IMG/VR virus record: IMGVR_UViG_3300033417_000022
Span: 1 to 42,715 of that record
Origin: a virus
Lineage: Duplodnaviria > Caudoviricetes
DNA: 42,715 nucleotides
Strand: one strand, 5' to 3'
Every line of letters begins with the position of its first letter. Position 1 is the stretch's first letter. Below the pieces are notes generated by a model. That model worked only from the letters and a program-made list of their open reading frames with translations, was not told the origin of the DNA and did not search any database. Below, piece by piece: positions 9,146 to 18,004 of the stretch. Made by a program: the position numbers and the translations under genes.

Positions 9146-9658
9146 ATGACTATCAAGTACCCCGCAGACGGTCAGCTCTACGTCGGGTGGCTTGCCGACT
9201 CCGCTGGCACCGCCGTCGAAGACGTCGAAGCCCCCGACCTCGCCGACTTCGCCGAGATCGTGGATCTGTCATGCGACATCCAGTCCGGCGGCGTCGATCT
9301 CGGCATCTCCACGGCCACCATCGACGCGGCGTCGATCTGCTCGGCGTTCGTCGCCATGGCCAACGGCCGGACCACGGTCGCCCCCACCCTCACCTTCTGG
9401 CGCTACAAGCAGCCGGACGACACGGCGTGGGAGCTGTTCGAGAAGGGCTCGCTTGGCTGGCTCCTAATCCGGACGGGCATGCCGTCCGAGCAGGCTCTCG
9501 CTGACGGCGATCAGGTCACGCTCGCCTGGCTGGAGATGTCCGAGCCGTCCCCGGAGTTCCCCGGTGGTGACACGCTCACCACGTTCAACGGCTCCATGCT
9601 GTTGGTCAACGGCCAGAAGTTCAGCCAGAAGGCCACGATCGGCGGCGAGTCTTCGTGA
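9146..9658 (+). CDS. Major tail (tube) protein
   Basis: DLSCDI and actinophage tube-like pattern; strong RBS GAGGAGG; precedes the chaperones. Confidence 0.8.
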   Translation: MTIKYPADGQLYVGWLADSAGTAVEDVEAPDLADFAEIVDLSCDIQSGGVDLGISTATIDAASICSAFVAMANGRTTVAPTLTFWRYKQPDDTAWELFEKGSLGWLLIRTGMPSEQALADGDQVTLAWLEMSEPSPEFPGGDTLTTFNGSMLLVNGQKFSQKATIGGESS

Positions 9659-10275
9659 CCCTGACGGTCGATGACCTGATCGCCACCGCCAAGCCGCGCA
9701 CGCTCGACGTGCCGGTTTGTGCGCGTGGCGATCTGGTCGACCGGCACGCCGAACTGGTCGCGCGACTCAACGCGGTCATCGCCGATGCGAACGAGTCGAA
9801 GTCGGTCAACGGGGAGTTCTCCGACCCGGAGATCGACCGACTCCACGACGAGATCGTGGCCGTCGAAGCAGAACAGGAGACCAGCTCGACGACGTTCACG
9901 CTCCGGTCGATCGGATCGTTGAAGTGGGCGAACCTGCTCCGTGAACACACCCCGCGCCCCGGCCGGGATCATCAGCTCATGTTCAACCTGACCACGTTTC
10001 CACCCGCCGCGGTGGCTGCGTGTGTGGTCGAGCCGCCGATGTCGTTGGAGCAGGCCACGAAGCTCTACGGCACCGACACCGAAGACGGGCTCCTCCATCA
10101 CGCCGAGTGGGACAAGCTGTTCGCCGCTGCGTTCAGCCTGAACGAGAACGAGACGCCGCACCCAAAACTGCCAGCCGCTATCGGGGGTCTCCTTCGGAGC
10201 GTGCGATCCTCGACTACAGCGGCGAACGGGGCATCCCCCGAGAAACCTTCCTCGGACGACAGCGCCGGAGCGTAA
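9655..10275 (+). CDS. Tail assembly chaperone G
   Basis: Position before the tape measure gene; TFPPAAVAAC...WDKLF motif; contains the slippery site. Confidence 0.8.
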   Translation: MTLTVDDLIATAKPRTLDVPVCARGDLVDRHAELVARLNAVIADANESKSVNGEFSDPEIDRLHDEIVAVEAEQETSSTTFTLRSIGSLKWANLLREHTPRPGRDHQLMFNLTTFPPAAVAACVVEPPMSLEQATKLYGTDTEDGLLHHAEWDKLFAAAFSLNENETPHPKLPAAIGGLLRSVRSSTTAANGASPEKPSSDDSAGA

Positions 10276-10580
10276 CCCGCTACCACTACGGCCCGATGGG
10301 CCGCTTGGAGTGGTCCGAGACGTTCCACGATCCCGAGTGGACCGAGGACGACATCGACGCTGCGCTCGACTACCAGCACGAGCAGAACCTGATCTGTGAC
10401 GGCTGCGGCCATCCAGTCGACGAGTCCCACGACGACGAGCACCGGGTGGCGTGGATCACAGAACGGGTGACGTGTTGGGCGTGCGCGTCCGCCGAACGGA
10501 CCCGCCAGCAGGACAACAAGGCGGGCAAGCAGGCGCCGCACGGCACGAAGTACGCGACCCGGAACCGGGCGAAGGACTGA
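10161..10580 (+). CDS. Tail assembly chaperone GT C-terminal part, reached by a -1 frameshift at C CCA AAA (10161-10167)
   Basis: X XXY YYZ heptamer in the G frame; the -1 frame stays open to 10580 and encodes EWTEDD...CDGCGHP...CWAC. Confidence 0.75.
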   Translation, partial: PKTASRYRGSPSERAILDYSGERGIPRETFLGRQRRSVTRYHYGPMGRLEWSETFHDPEWTEDDIDAALDYQHEQNLICDGCGHPVDESHDDEHRVAWITERVTCWACASAERTRQQDNKAGKQAPHGTKYATRNRAKD

Positions 10581-10584
10581 GGGG

Positions 10585-13500
10585 GTGACCTTGGCAGACG
10601 ACCGTTCGATCAGAGTCCGGCTGCTTGCCGAGGTCCAGAACTACCAGCAGGGCCTGAAGACCGCCGCCCGTTCCACGCAGGAGTTCGGTCGCGAAGTGTC
10701 CGGCATGGGCAAGGCGAGTCGGGCCGATATCGAGAAGGTTGGCCGCTCCGCTCTACTGATGTCGGCGGGTATGGCGGTCGGGCTGGGCCTGTCCGTCAAG
10801 GCGGCGATCGGCTGGGAGAGCGCGTGGGCGGGGGTCTTGAAGACCGTCGACGGCACCGCGGATCAGCTGTCAGAACTCGAGGGCGGCCTCCGCGATCTCG
10901 CCAAGGAACTGCCAGCCAGCCACGCCGAGATCGCTGGAGTAGCTGAGGCCGCCGGTCAGCTGGGCATCAAGGTCAACGATGTCGAGGCGTTCACGAAGGT
11001 GATGATCGACCTCGGTGAGACGACGAACCTGAGCGCCGACGAGGCGGCCACCTCCCTGGCTCGCCTTGCGAACATCATGGGAACGTCGTCGCGCGACTTC
11101 GACCGCCTGGGTTCCACCATCGTGGAACTTGGTAACAACTCGGAGACCACTGAGGCGGAGATCGTCGAGTTCGCCCAGCGCCTCGCCGCTGCGGGCAACA
11201 TCGCTGGTCTGTCCGAGTCGGACGTGCTCGCCTTCGCCGCCTCGATGACCTCGGTCGGCGTCGGTGCGGAGGCTGGCGGTACCGCCCTGTCGAAGACGTT
11301 CACCGCCATTCGCGACGCCACCCTCACTGGAGGCGAGGCGCTGGAGACCTTCGCTAGCGTGGCCGGGGTAACGGCCGACGAGTTCGTGGCGGCATTCCGC
11401 GACGACCCGGCCATGGCGATCGAGTCGTTCATCGCCGGCCTAGGACGGATGAACAGCGCCGGCCAGTCGACGACGTCGGTGTTCGACGAGCTCGGTCTCG
11501 CCGATGAGCGTCTCATGCGTGCGCTGAACTCCACCGCCGAGGCTGGCGACCACCTCGCCGACCGCATCGCCATGGGTAACGCTGCATGGGAGGAGAACAC
11601 TGCACTACAGGAGGAAGCCGCGCTTCGCTACGGGACCACCGAGGCGCAGTTGGAGATCCTCCGCAACAAGTTCACTGACCTCGGAATCGACATCGGTCGC
11701 GTGTTCCTGCCGGCACTTCAGGGCATCGCCGATGCTGCCGGAAACGTCGCGACCGGCCTCGGCTCCCTGCCGTCGCCGCTGAAGGCCACGGCCGCCGGGT
11801 TCGCTGGCGTGCTGACGGCAGGGCTCGGCGTAATCGGGACGCTCGGTGTCATGGGGCCGAAGGTGCTCGACGCCCGGGACGCTCTCGACAAGATGGGCAA
11901 GGCCGGCAAGTTCGTCAATCGCAACATGGGACGCATGGCGGTCGGGGTCGGCGTGGCTGGCGTGGCGCTCGCCGGCATCACCTACGTAGCGGCACAGCAG
12001 GCCAAGAAGGCGGCAGAGGCCGACGAACGGGTCAAGAGTTGGGCCGACGCCATCCGCGAGGCTGGAGACGCCGCCGGGGGAGCCATCGGCTTCCTCTCCG
12101 AGCTCGTGGATGAGACCCCCACGCTCGCCCTGGCGATGGCGGAGGCTGGGGTGTCGGCTATCGGTATGGCCGACGCTCTCATCGAGGGCGGTGATGCGTG
12201 GCAGAACATGGGCGCACGGATCACGGCCGGCGGCGAGGCGGCGGGCCTGTCGAAGTTCGAGATAATGGGACTCCTCACGGCGCTTGGCCGGATGGCGGCG
12301 GAAGGCGCAAAGGCTGAGGAGATCGCCGCGGCTGTCGACGAAGCCCTCGGCGCGGCGGGCGACGGTGCGGCCGATGCCGCATCCGGCTCCGACATCTACT
12401 CCGAGGCGCTCGACAAGCAGGCGGCCGCCGCCGAGGAAGTAGCGGAAGCCCTCGCCGACCTGATCGACTCCTACTCCGCGCCGCTGGAGCCGTTCTTCGC
12501 TATGCAGGACGCGCTCCAGGCGATCGAGGACGCCGGACGTGACGCCCAGGAAGCGCAGCGCGACGTCGCGGACGCACAGAGGGCCGTAGGTGACGCCCAA
12601 CGGGACGCGGCACGCAAGGTGGCCGACGCCCAACGCGACGCTGTGTCCGCTGCCCGTGACGTGGACGAGGCGCAGCGCGGCGTGGCCGAAGCCATGTCGA
12701 TGGTCGCCGACGAGGCCGAAGCGGCACGCCGCGGAATCAGTGATCTGGCAGCCGACCAACGTGCATCGGTCGATCCGCTGTTCGGGATGCTCGACGCGCT
12801 CCAGAAGCAGCGGGAACTGCTCGCGAAGAAGGGCGACGACAAGGCCAGCCCGCTCGATCTCGCCAAGGGCGCCGCGGACGTCACCGGTGCCGCCACCCGG
12901 CTCGCTGGTGCGATCCAGACCGGCGATGTGTCGGTCGAAGAGTCCCGCCGGATGCTCGACGCCTGGGTGGGTCAGGGCCTCATCACCGCCGCCCAAGCAG
13001 CAGACGTCGCCAAGCAGTTCGCCGAGGCTGCCGCACGGGCCGAAGATCTCCAAGGGGCGAACGTCCGCGGTGCCGCCGCCGCCGAGGTGGCCGCCGAGAA
13101 CCTGCGCGTCAACGAGGAACGGGCCGAAGCCGTCGCCTCCGCTCAGGACCGCCTTCGAGAGGCCATGGAGAAGTCGGCCGAGGCGCAGGAGCGCGTTGCC
13201 GAAGCCGGGGTCGAGGGTGCGGAGGCGGTCGCTGAGGCGCAGAACAACCTGGCCGAGGCCATGGAGAAGTCGGCCGAGGCGGAACGCGGCGCAGAGCGCC
13301 GTGCCACGGACCTGATGGTCGCATCGATCGCCCTGTCCGGAGCGATGGAGGGCAACGCCGGCCTGATGAATCTCGTCAGGGGCCGCATCCGTGAGATGGG
13401 CGAGATGATGGGGTGGTCGAAAGACCGCACCGACGAGATCATCGGGAAGCTCGAAGAAGCCGCAGGCATAGCTGGTGAATACGCCCAGCCGTGGGTTGCG

Positions 13501-13950
13501 ACTATCTCCCTGGACGCCCGCCAGTTCTGGCAGGAGCTGGCGAACATGCGCTTTGCCCTGTCGATGATCCAGATCGAACAGCAGCTCGACAACCCCTACT
13601 CGCGCCCCATCGGCGGCGCACCGTTGGCCGCTGGTGGCCTCGTCGAACCCATCTACCGAGCGCGGGGCGGGCCATCGGGCACGGACACGGTCCCGGCGTG
13701 GCTGACTCCCGGCGAGTTCGTGATGCGGAAGTCGGCGGTCGACCAGATCGGCGCATCGACGCTGCGGTACATGAACGAAGGTCGCTTCGCCCCGACCTCC
13801 GCTGCGACAGGGGGCGGGATGACGACGGTGGTGACGAACATCAACATCAACGCTGGCAGCATCGTCGGTAGTCACCGTGAGCTGATCACCGCCGTCGAGC
13901 GCGGGCTCACTGAGCGGGGACGGGTCACGGCGGGCGTGTCCGGGCTGTGA
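10585..13950 (+). CDS. Tape measure protein (TP901-family core)
   Basis: 1121 aa, Ala-rich; WESAWAGVLKTV...AEAAGQLGI...GSTIVELGNN core and C-terminal DTVPAWLTPGEFV. Confidence 0.95.
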   Translation: MTLADDRSIRVRLLAEVQNYQQGLKTAARSTQEFGREVSGMGKASRADIEKVGRSALLMSAGMAVGLGLSVKAAIGWESAWAGVLKTVDGTADQLSELEGGLRDLAKELPASHAEIAGVAEAAGQLGIKVNDVEAFTKVMIDLGETTNLSADEAATSLARLANIMGTSSRDFDRLGSTIVELGNNSETTEAEIVEFAQRLAAAGNIAGLSESDVLAFAASMTSVGVGAEAGGTALSKTFTAIRDATLTGGEALETFASVAGVTADEFVAAFRDDPAMAIESFIAGLGRMNSAGQSTTSVFDELGLADERLMRALNSTAEAGDHLADRIAMGNAAWEENTALQEEAALRYGTTEAQLEILRNKFTDLGIDIGRVFLPALQGIADAAGNVATGLGSLPSPLKATAAGFAGVLTAGLGVIGTLGVMGPKVLDARDALDKMGKAGKFVNRNMGRMAVGVGVAGVALAGITYVAAQQAKKAAEADERVKSWADAIREAGDAAGGAIGFLSELVDETPTLALAMAEAGVSAIGMADALIEGGDAWQNMGARITAGGEAAGLSKFEIMGLLTALGRMAAEGAKAEEIAAAVDEALGAAGDGAADAASGSDIYSEALDKQAAAAEEVAEALADLIDSYSAPLEPFFAMQDALQAIEDAGRDAQEAQRDVADAQRAVGDAQRDAARKVADAQRDAVSAARDVDEAQRGVAEAMSMVADEAEAARRGISDLAADQRASVDPLFGMLDALQKQRELLAKKGDDKASPLDLAKGAADVTGAATRLAGAIQTGDVSVEESRRMLDAWVGQGLITAAQAADVAKQFAEAAARAEDLQGANVRGAAAAEVAAENLRVNEERAEAVASAQDRLREAMEKSAEAQERVAEAGVEGAEAVAEAQNNLAEAMEKSAEAERGAERRATDLMVASIALSGAMEGNAGLMNLVRGRIREMGEMMGWSKDRTDEIIGKLEEAAGIAGEYAQPWVATISLDARQFWQELANMRFALSMIQIEQQLDNPYSRPIGGAPLAAGGLVEPIYRARGGPSGTDTVPAWLTPGEFVMRKSAVDQIGASTLRYMNEGRFAPTSAATGGGMTTVVTNININAGSIVGSHRELITAVERGLTERGRVTAGVSGL

Positions 13951-15101
13951 CCGACGGGCCGTGGGACCTCAAGTTCGAGGTCGACTTCGACACGAACCCC
14001 TCCGCAACGGCTAGCACCTGGACGGACTTGTCCGAGCGCGTCAAGGGCGACGAGGAGCGGGTCGACGTGCAACTCGGACTCGCCGGGTCCCCATCATCAG
14101 CCACGCTCGTCCTGAACAACCGGGATCGGGCACTCGATCCAACCAACACCGGCGCCACACACAACCTCGTCCCGATGCGTCACGCTCGCCTGTCGGTCAC
14201 GTACGACGAGACCAGCTACCCGCTGTTCCGTGGCTACGTCGAGGACTGGCCCCCGGTGTGGCCCGAGTACAACCAGGGTCTCGTCTCCGTCAACCTGACC
14301 GACGCGCTCACATGGGTGGCGCTCATCGAAATGGACGTGGATCTTCCACGTCAGCGCAGCGGAGAGCGTATCGCCGCCCTTCTCGACCTCGCCGACTGGC
14401 CCGCAGACCGTCGGAGCCTCGACACCGGCAACGTCATGGTTGATGCCGTCGAGCAGGAGTCGGCGAATCTACTGCAACTGATGATCGACGCGTCCGACGC
14501 CGAGGACGGCTGGCTCTACACCTCCAAGTCCGGCGACGTCACGTTCCACGACCGCCATCACATCCTCGAGATAGACGCGTCCATCACGTTCGGGCCGGAC
14601 GGCCACAAGATCGCCGGGGTGAACCCCCGCTACGGGTCGCGCACGATCATCAACCGGGGGCGGGTGGAACTCGCCAACGGTGACGTGGTCGAGATCACCG
14701 ACGGCGCATCTATCGACGCTTATGGCCCGTCGCATCCGTGGACGGCGCGGGACTTGCCGATGTCGGTGGTGGAAGCCGAAGCACTGGCGACGTGGTGGGT
14801 GGTCCGCTACGCCGGACCCGTCCTCGAGTTGGACGGGGTGCACGCACACGGCCACTCGGATCAAGGCGCCCCGATTCCGGATCTTCTCTCCGTGGGGCTC
14901 GGTGACCGGGGCGACTTCTCCCACACGCCGCCGGGTGGCGGGACTGCCGAGATGGAGGGGGTGGTCAGGGCGCAGAGGTACGAGTTCCGACAGGGCTCGG
15001 TCGCTGCGTTCTACGACCTCGTCAAGTACCACGGCGCCGGCCCCTGGCTCCGCTTCGACGACGCCACTGCCGGTTTCGACGTCGGCCGTTTCGCACCATG
15101 A
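13947..15101 (+). CDS. Minor tail protein (distal tail / hub)
   Basis: WTDLS...ATLVLNNRD...LFRGYVEDW pattern; follows the tape measure gene. Confidence 0.75.
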   Translation: MTDGPWDLKFEVDFDTNPSATASTWTDLSERVKGDEERVDVQLGLAGSPSSATLVLNNRDRALDPTNTGATHNLVPMRHARLSVTYDETSYPLFRGYVEDWPPVWPEYNQGLVSVNLTDALTWVALIEMDVDLPRQRSGERIAALLDLADWPADRRSLDTGNVMVDAVEQESANLLQLMIDASDAEDGWLYTSKSGDVTFHDRHHILEIDASITFGPDGHKIAGVNPRYGSRTIINRGRVELANGDVVEITDGASIDAYGPSHPWTARDLPMSVVEAEALATWWVVRYAGPVLELDGVHAHGHSDQGAPIPDLLSVGLGDRGDFSHTPPGGGTAEMEGVVRAQRYEFRQGSVAAFYDLVKYHGAGPWLRFDDATAGFDVGRFAP

Positions 15102-15110
15102 GGAGGCCAC

Positions 15111-15632
15111 GTGGCTGAGTGGACAGACCCGGAGGACATGCGGGACGCAGTAACCGGCGACGCGATCCCGCTGGCGTGGTGGAACGCGACCATGGACGAC
15201 CTCCTGTTCCTCGCCAACCCGCCCCAGGCCGCGGTTCGTCTCGACTCGACACAGGCTGTCGCCGACGAGACCCCGCACACCATCTCCTGGGACCACAACC
15301 AGTGGTCCGACGAGGGCACCGGCATGTGGGACGATCTGGCCCCCGGCAAGGTAGTTGCGATCCGCAACGGCCCGCACCGCATCGTCGTGCACACCGAGTA
15401 CGCGTCGGTGATCCCGGTCGATGACCAGACGATCACGCTCGAGGTCAACAGCGAGGTCCGCATCGGCCCGATCCCCGGACAGCAGCTCGTGATCGAAACG
15501 AACCTGGCGATCGACGACGAGATTGAAGTGATCGTGGAGCAGTCCTCGGGTGACAGCGTGAACCTCGTCGCCACCCGTACCCGCATGACGGTCATCTGGT
15601 CGACCGAGCCGCTGGCGAACAGCTCGACATGA
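15111..15632 (+). CDS. Minor tail protein
   Basis: Synteny; RBS GAGGAGG; beta-rich C-terminus. Confidence 0.6.
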   Translation: MAEWTDPEDMRDAVTGDAIPLAWWNATMDDLLFLANPPQAAVRLDSTQAVADETPHTISWDHNQWSDEGTGMWDDLAPGKVVAIRNGPHRIVVHTEYASVIPVDDQTITLEVNSEVRIGPIPGQQLVIETNLAIDDEIEVIVEQSSGDSVNLVATRTRMTVIWSTEPLANSST

Positions 15633-16321
15633 GACCTCCCCGCCGATCCCGTGATCTGTCGACGGGCACCACCAACCCGCGGACCACGGGAGACCGCTCT
15701 GTCGAACGAAGCAGCCTCGGAAAGCGTGCCGTCGGACCCGAGCAACAGACGCCGGGGGGGATCAGCGGGAACCTGCTTGGCGAGCGCATCATCCGTATCA
15801 AGCACTTGCACGAGGAGATGCTGCCGTACCCGCCAGCGGCATCGGGTGGCGGTGCCACCGAGAGTTTCCGGGCACAGGAGTCACACAGCGGCGATCTAAC
15901 CGGAACCACCGGAACGATCCCCTTCCAGTGGGGCTCGAACCTGTTCAACTACCACACGGCGAATGTGAGCGGACTCGACACGTCCGCCACGGAGGTCACC
16001 GTGCCGGGTGGCATCTGGATCTTCTCGCTTTCGTTGCGGCTGTTCTACTTCTCTGCCACCGCCAACGCCGGGTCGATGATCTTCTACTTCCGGGTGGACG
16101 GTGATGTCGGTACGAGTGCGGCCGAAGTCCAGCCGTACGACGACATCGGCGATCCCGTCACCTTGACGGCGCACCTGGCTCTCGCTGATTGGTCGATCGT
16201 GGAGGCGTACTTCACGAACTCGCTGAACAACTCGGGCACGCATGTCAACCCGCGAATCTCGGACGGCTCCTTCATGGGCACGCGTATCGGCTCATCGGAC
16301 GGCGTGACGTACAGCACATGA
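15629..16321 (+). CDS. Minor tail / putative receptor-binding protein
   Basis: Coupled start; Gly linker followed by a beta-rich domain. Confidence 0.5.
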   Translation: MRPPRRSRDLSTGTTNPRTTGDRSVERSSLGKRAVGPEQQTPGGISGNLLGERIIRIKHLHEEMLPYPPAASGGGATESFRAQESHSGDLTGTTGTIPFQWGSNLFNYHTANVSGLDTSATEVTVPGGIWIFSLSLRLFYFSATANAGSMIFYFRVDGDVGTSAAEVQPYDDIGDPVTLTAHLALADWSIVEAYFTNSLNNSGTHVNPRISDGSFMGTRIGSSDGVTYST

Positions 16322-16351
16322 CCACCCCATCGCCAGAGATGTCCCCGAACG

Positions 16352-16945
16352 ATGCATTCCCGTCACGCAGAGCACGCCATTCTGCTCTCGGGCACGATCG
16401 TCGCTGACGAGACGTTCATCGGCGGCAACAGCAAGAACAAGCACCGCCAGGGCAAGTACGGCAAGCAGGGCGGGGCCGGGAGCCACAAGCGTTCGATGGC
16501 GAACAAGACCACGGTCCTGTCGCTCATCGACAAGGCGACCGGCGAGGTCCGGTCGAAGGTCATCCCCGACGTGACCGGCGCAACGCTCGCCAAGGAACTC
16601 GCCGCTCAGGTCGACATGGCCAACAGCGACCTTCAGACCGATGGCGGATCGCAGTACCGGGCCATCGGCCAGGAGTTCATCAGCCACGAGTTCGTGGACC
16701 ACAGCGCCTACGAGTACGTGCGGGGCGACGTGACCACGAACGCTGTCGAAGGGTTCTTCAGCCAGCTGAAGCGCTCGCTCGACGGCACCCACCACCACGT
16801 CAGCCGCAAGCACCTGCACCGCTACCTGGCCGAGTTCGACTACCGCTACTCGTCCCGCGAGGACACCGACACCGAGCGCATGACGAACCTCATGCGCTAC
16901 CGGGTCGGCGGTCGGCGGTTGAGCTACCGGCCAGTCGTGGACTGA
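16352..16945 (+). pseudogene. IS1595-family (ISXO2-like) DDE transposase, N-terminally truncated
   Basis: ADETFIGG, QTDGG, TTNAVEGFFSQLKR..GTHHHVSRKHLHRYLAEFDYRY motifs present; the usual N-terminal Zn-ribbon/HTH region is absent and there is no RBS. Confidence 0.85.
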
Positions 16946-17031
16946 ACACGCTCCGCGCTCACCGCGCGACTGTACGTACGGACCGCGCGAATATGGGGTA
17001 GTAATACAACCTGAGCGCGATTAGGATCGCA

Positions 17032-17103
17032 GGTGGAGCTAGAGAGACTCGAACCCTCGGAGCCAGGTTCCAAGCGTGCCTCCGTGAACCATTCACTAGC
17101 CCC
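17032..17103 (-). ncRNA. tRNA-Ala / tmRNA-TLD-like RNA (non-canonical)
   Basis: Minus strand: GGGGCTA GTGAATGGTTCAC GGAGGCACGCTTGGAACCTGGCTCC GAGGG TTCGAGT CTCTC TAGCTCC A CC; 7-bp acceptor stem with G3:U70, A discriminator and 5-bp T-arm; no canonical D or anticodon arm. Confidence 0.7.
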
Positions 17104-17150
17104 CAATGGGGTGATCCCGTGAGGGACCACCCCAAGGTTTGAAAACTCAG

Positions 17151-17423
17151 TCAGGTCACCGCCGAGGCGGCGGCTTGATGATGATGATCAGCACGACGGT
17201 CATCAGCTTCCTCTCCTTCCTCTAGGGGATGTTGCTCATCCGAAGGCCCCGTTCCAGCGGGGCCTTCGGCGTCTCCGGAGTTCATGTCGTGAACTCCCAC
17301 GCGCCCGTAGGTGCCACGTCGTGGCCCCCGGGCAAGTTCGTTGGCGTTGACCATGCGGGCGACGACGCTGCTGATCGACTCGTACTTCGAATCGTTCCCC
17401 TCCTGATGCACGACGTCGACCAC
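17151..17423 (-). pseudogene. Probable 5'-truncated winged-helix-like gene
   Basis: FSLTDVVDVV...SISSVVARMV...PRRGTY looks like a wHTH; an in-frame stop lies seven codons upstream of the GTG and there is no good start. Confidence 0.35.
17156..17203 (-). CDS. 15-aa hydrophobic micropeptide MTVVLIIIIKPPPRR
   Basis: ATG preceded by purine-rich AGGAAGGAGAGG; lies between hairpins upstream of the tRNA-like RNA. Confidence 0.4.
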   Translation of the reverse strand: MTVVLIIIIKPPPRR

Positions 17424-17465
17424 GTCGGTCAGCGAGAAGCACTAAACGGGCGCTACGCTGCTTCC

Positions 17466-17612
17466 ATGACCGAGGATGCCCGACATTCCCATCGTGATGA
17501 GCCGGTCAAGATCCCGCTCGATCCCGAGGAAGCGCTACGCGCGCTGCTGGAGGTCGATCCTGATGAGGAACCTGAGGATGGCGACGCTCAGTCGCCGGCC
17601 GATGACACCTGA
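17466..17612 (+). CDS. Small acidic protein, 48 aa (VKIPLDPEEALRALLEVDP)
   Basis: ATG 6 nt after -10-like TACGCT, suggesting a leaderless transcript. Confidence 0.5.
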   Translation: MTEDARHSHRDEPVKIPLDPEEALRALLEVDPDEEPEDGDAQSPADDT

Positions 17613-17614
17613 CT

Positions 17615-18004
17615 CTAGGCGTCGATCAGATCCGCTTCCTGGTTGGCGGCCTCGATGTGCTCGTCGTCGGCCTCGGCCTTGACGCAGTGCACCAGCACCT
17701 CGAACGGCACAGACTCCCAGTCATCCGTGTTCACGTCGGCACCGTGGAACGCCGAACGGATGGTGGGCTCGGCGAAGCTCACAGCTTCCCCGTAGCTCGC
17801 AGCGTCAACCAGGATGCTGACCTCGAACTCCCCGGTCGTGATGGTCCCGCTGATCTGGGGGTCCTCCACGCCGTCGTACTTCAACAACTCCTGGACGGTG
17901 CGGTTGAACGTGCGGTCCACCACGTCGTCATGGTCGTAGTTCTCACCGTCGTACTCGGGGGTCACGACGAACTGGCCCCACAGGGTGACCTCGAACTTCG
18001 TCAT
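17615..18004 (-). CDS. Putative HicB-like antitoxin (acidic)
   Basis: ATGA overlap with the upstream HicA-like gene; EVSILVDAASYGEAV strand-helix pattern; strongly acidic. Confidence 0.5.
   Translation of the reverse strand: MTKFEVTLWGQFVVTPEYDGENYDHDDVVDRTFNRTVQELLKYDGVEDPQISGTITTGEFEVSILVDAASYGEAVSFAEPTIRSAFHGADVNTDDWESVPFEVLVHCVKAEADDEHIEAANQEADLIDA

Noticed and set aside
13159-13281. 27-bp direct repeat GAGGCCATGGAGAAGTCGGCCGAGGCG
   Set aside because: In-frame helical repeat, ordinary for tape measure proteins
11605-13875. 756-aa minus-strand ORF
   Set aside because: Antisense shadow of the tape measure gene caused by high-GC codon bias; no motifs or RBS
17084-17092. Complementarity of the tRNA-like 5' loop (GUUCACG) to the 37829 leader loop
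   Set aside because: Only 7 nt, expected by chance, and it does not match the second leader
17032-17103. Canonical tRNA gene or attP core
   Set aside because: No 7-nt anticodon loop or proper D-arm; no integrase nearby; both acceptor strands are present, unlike a typical att fragment
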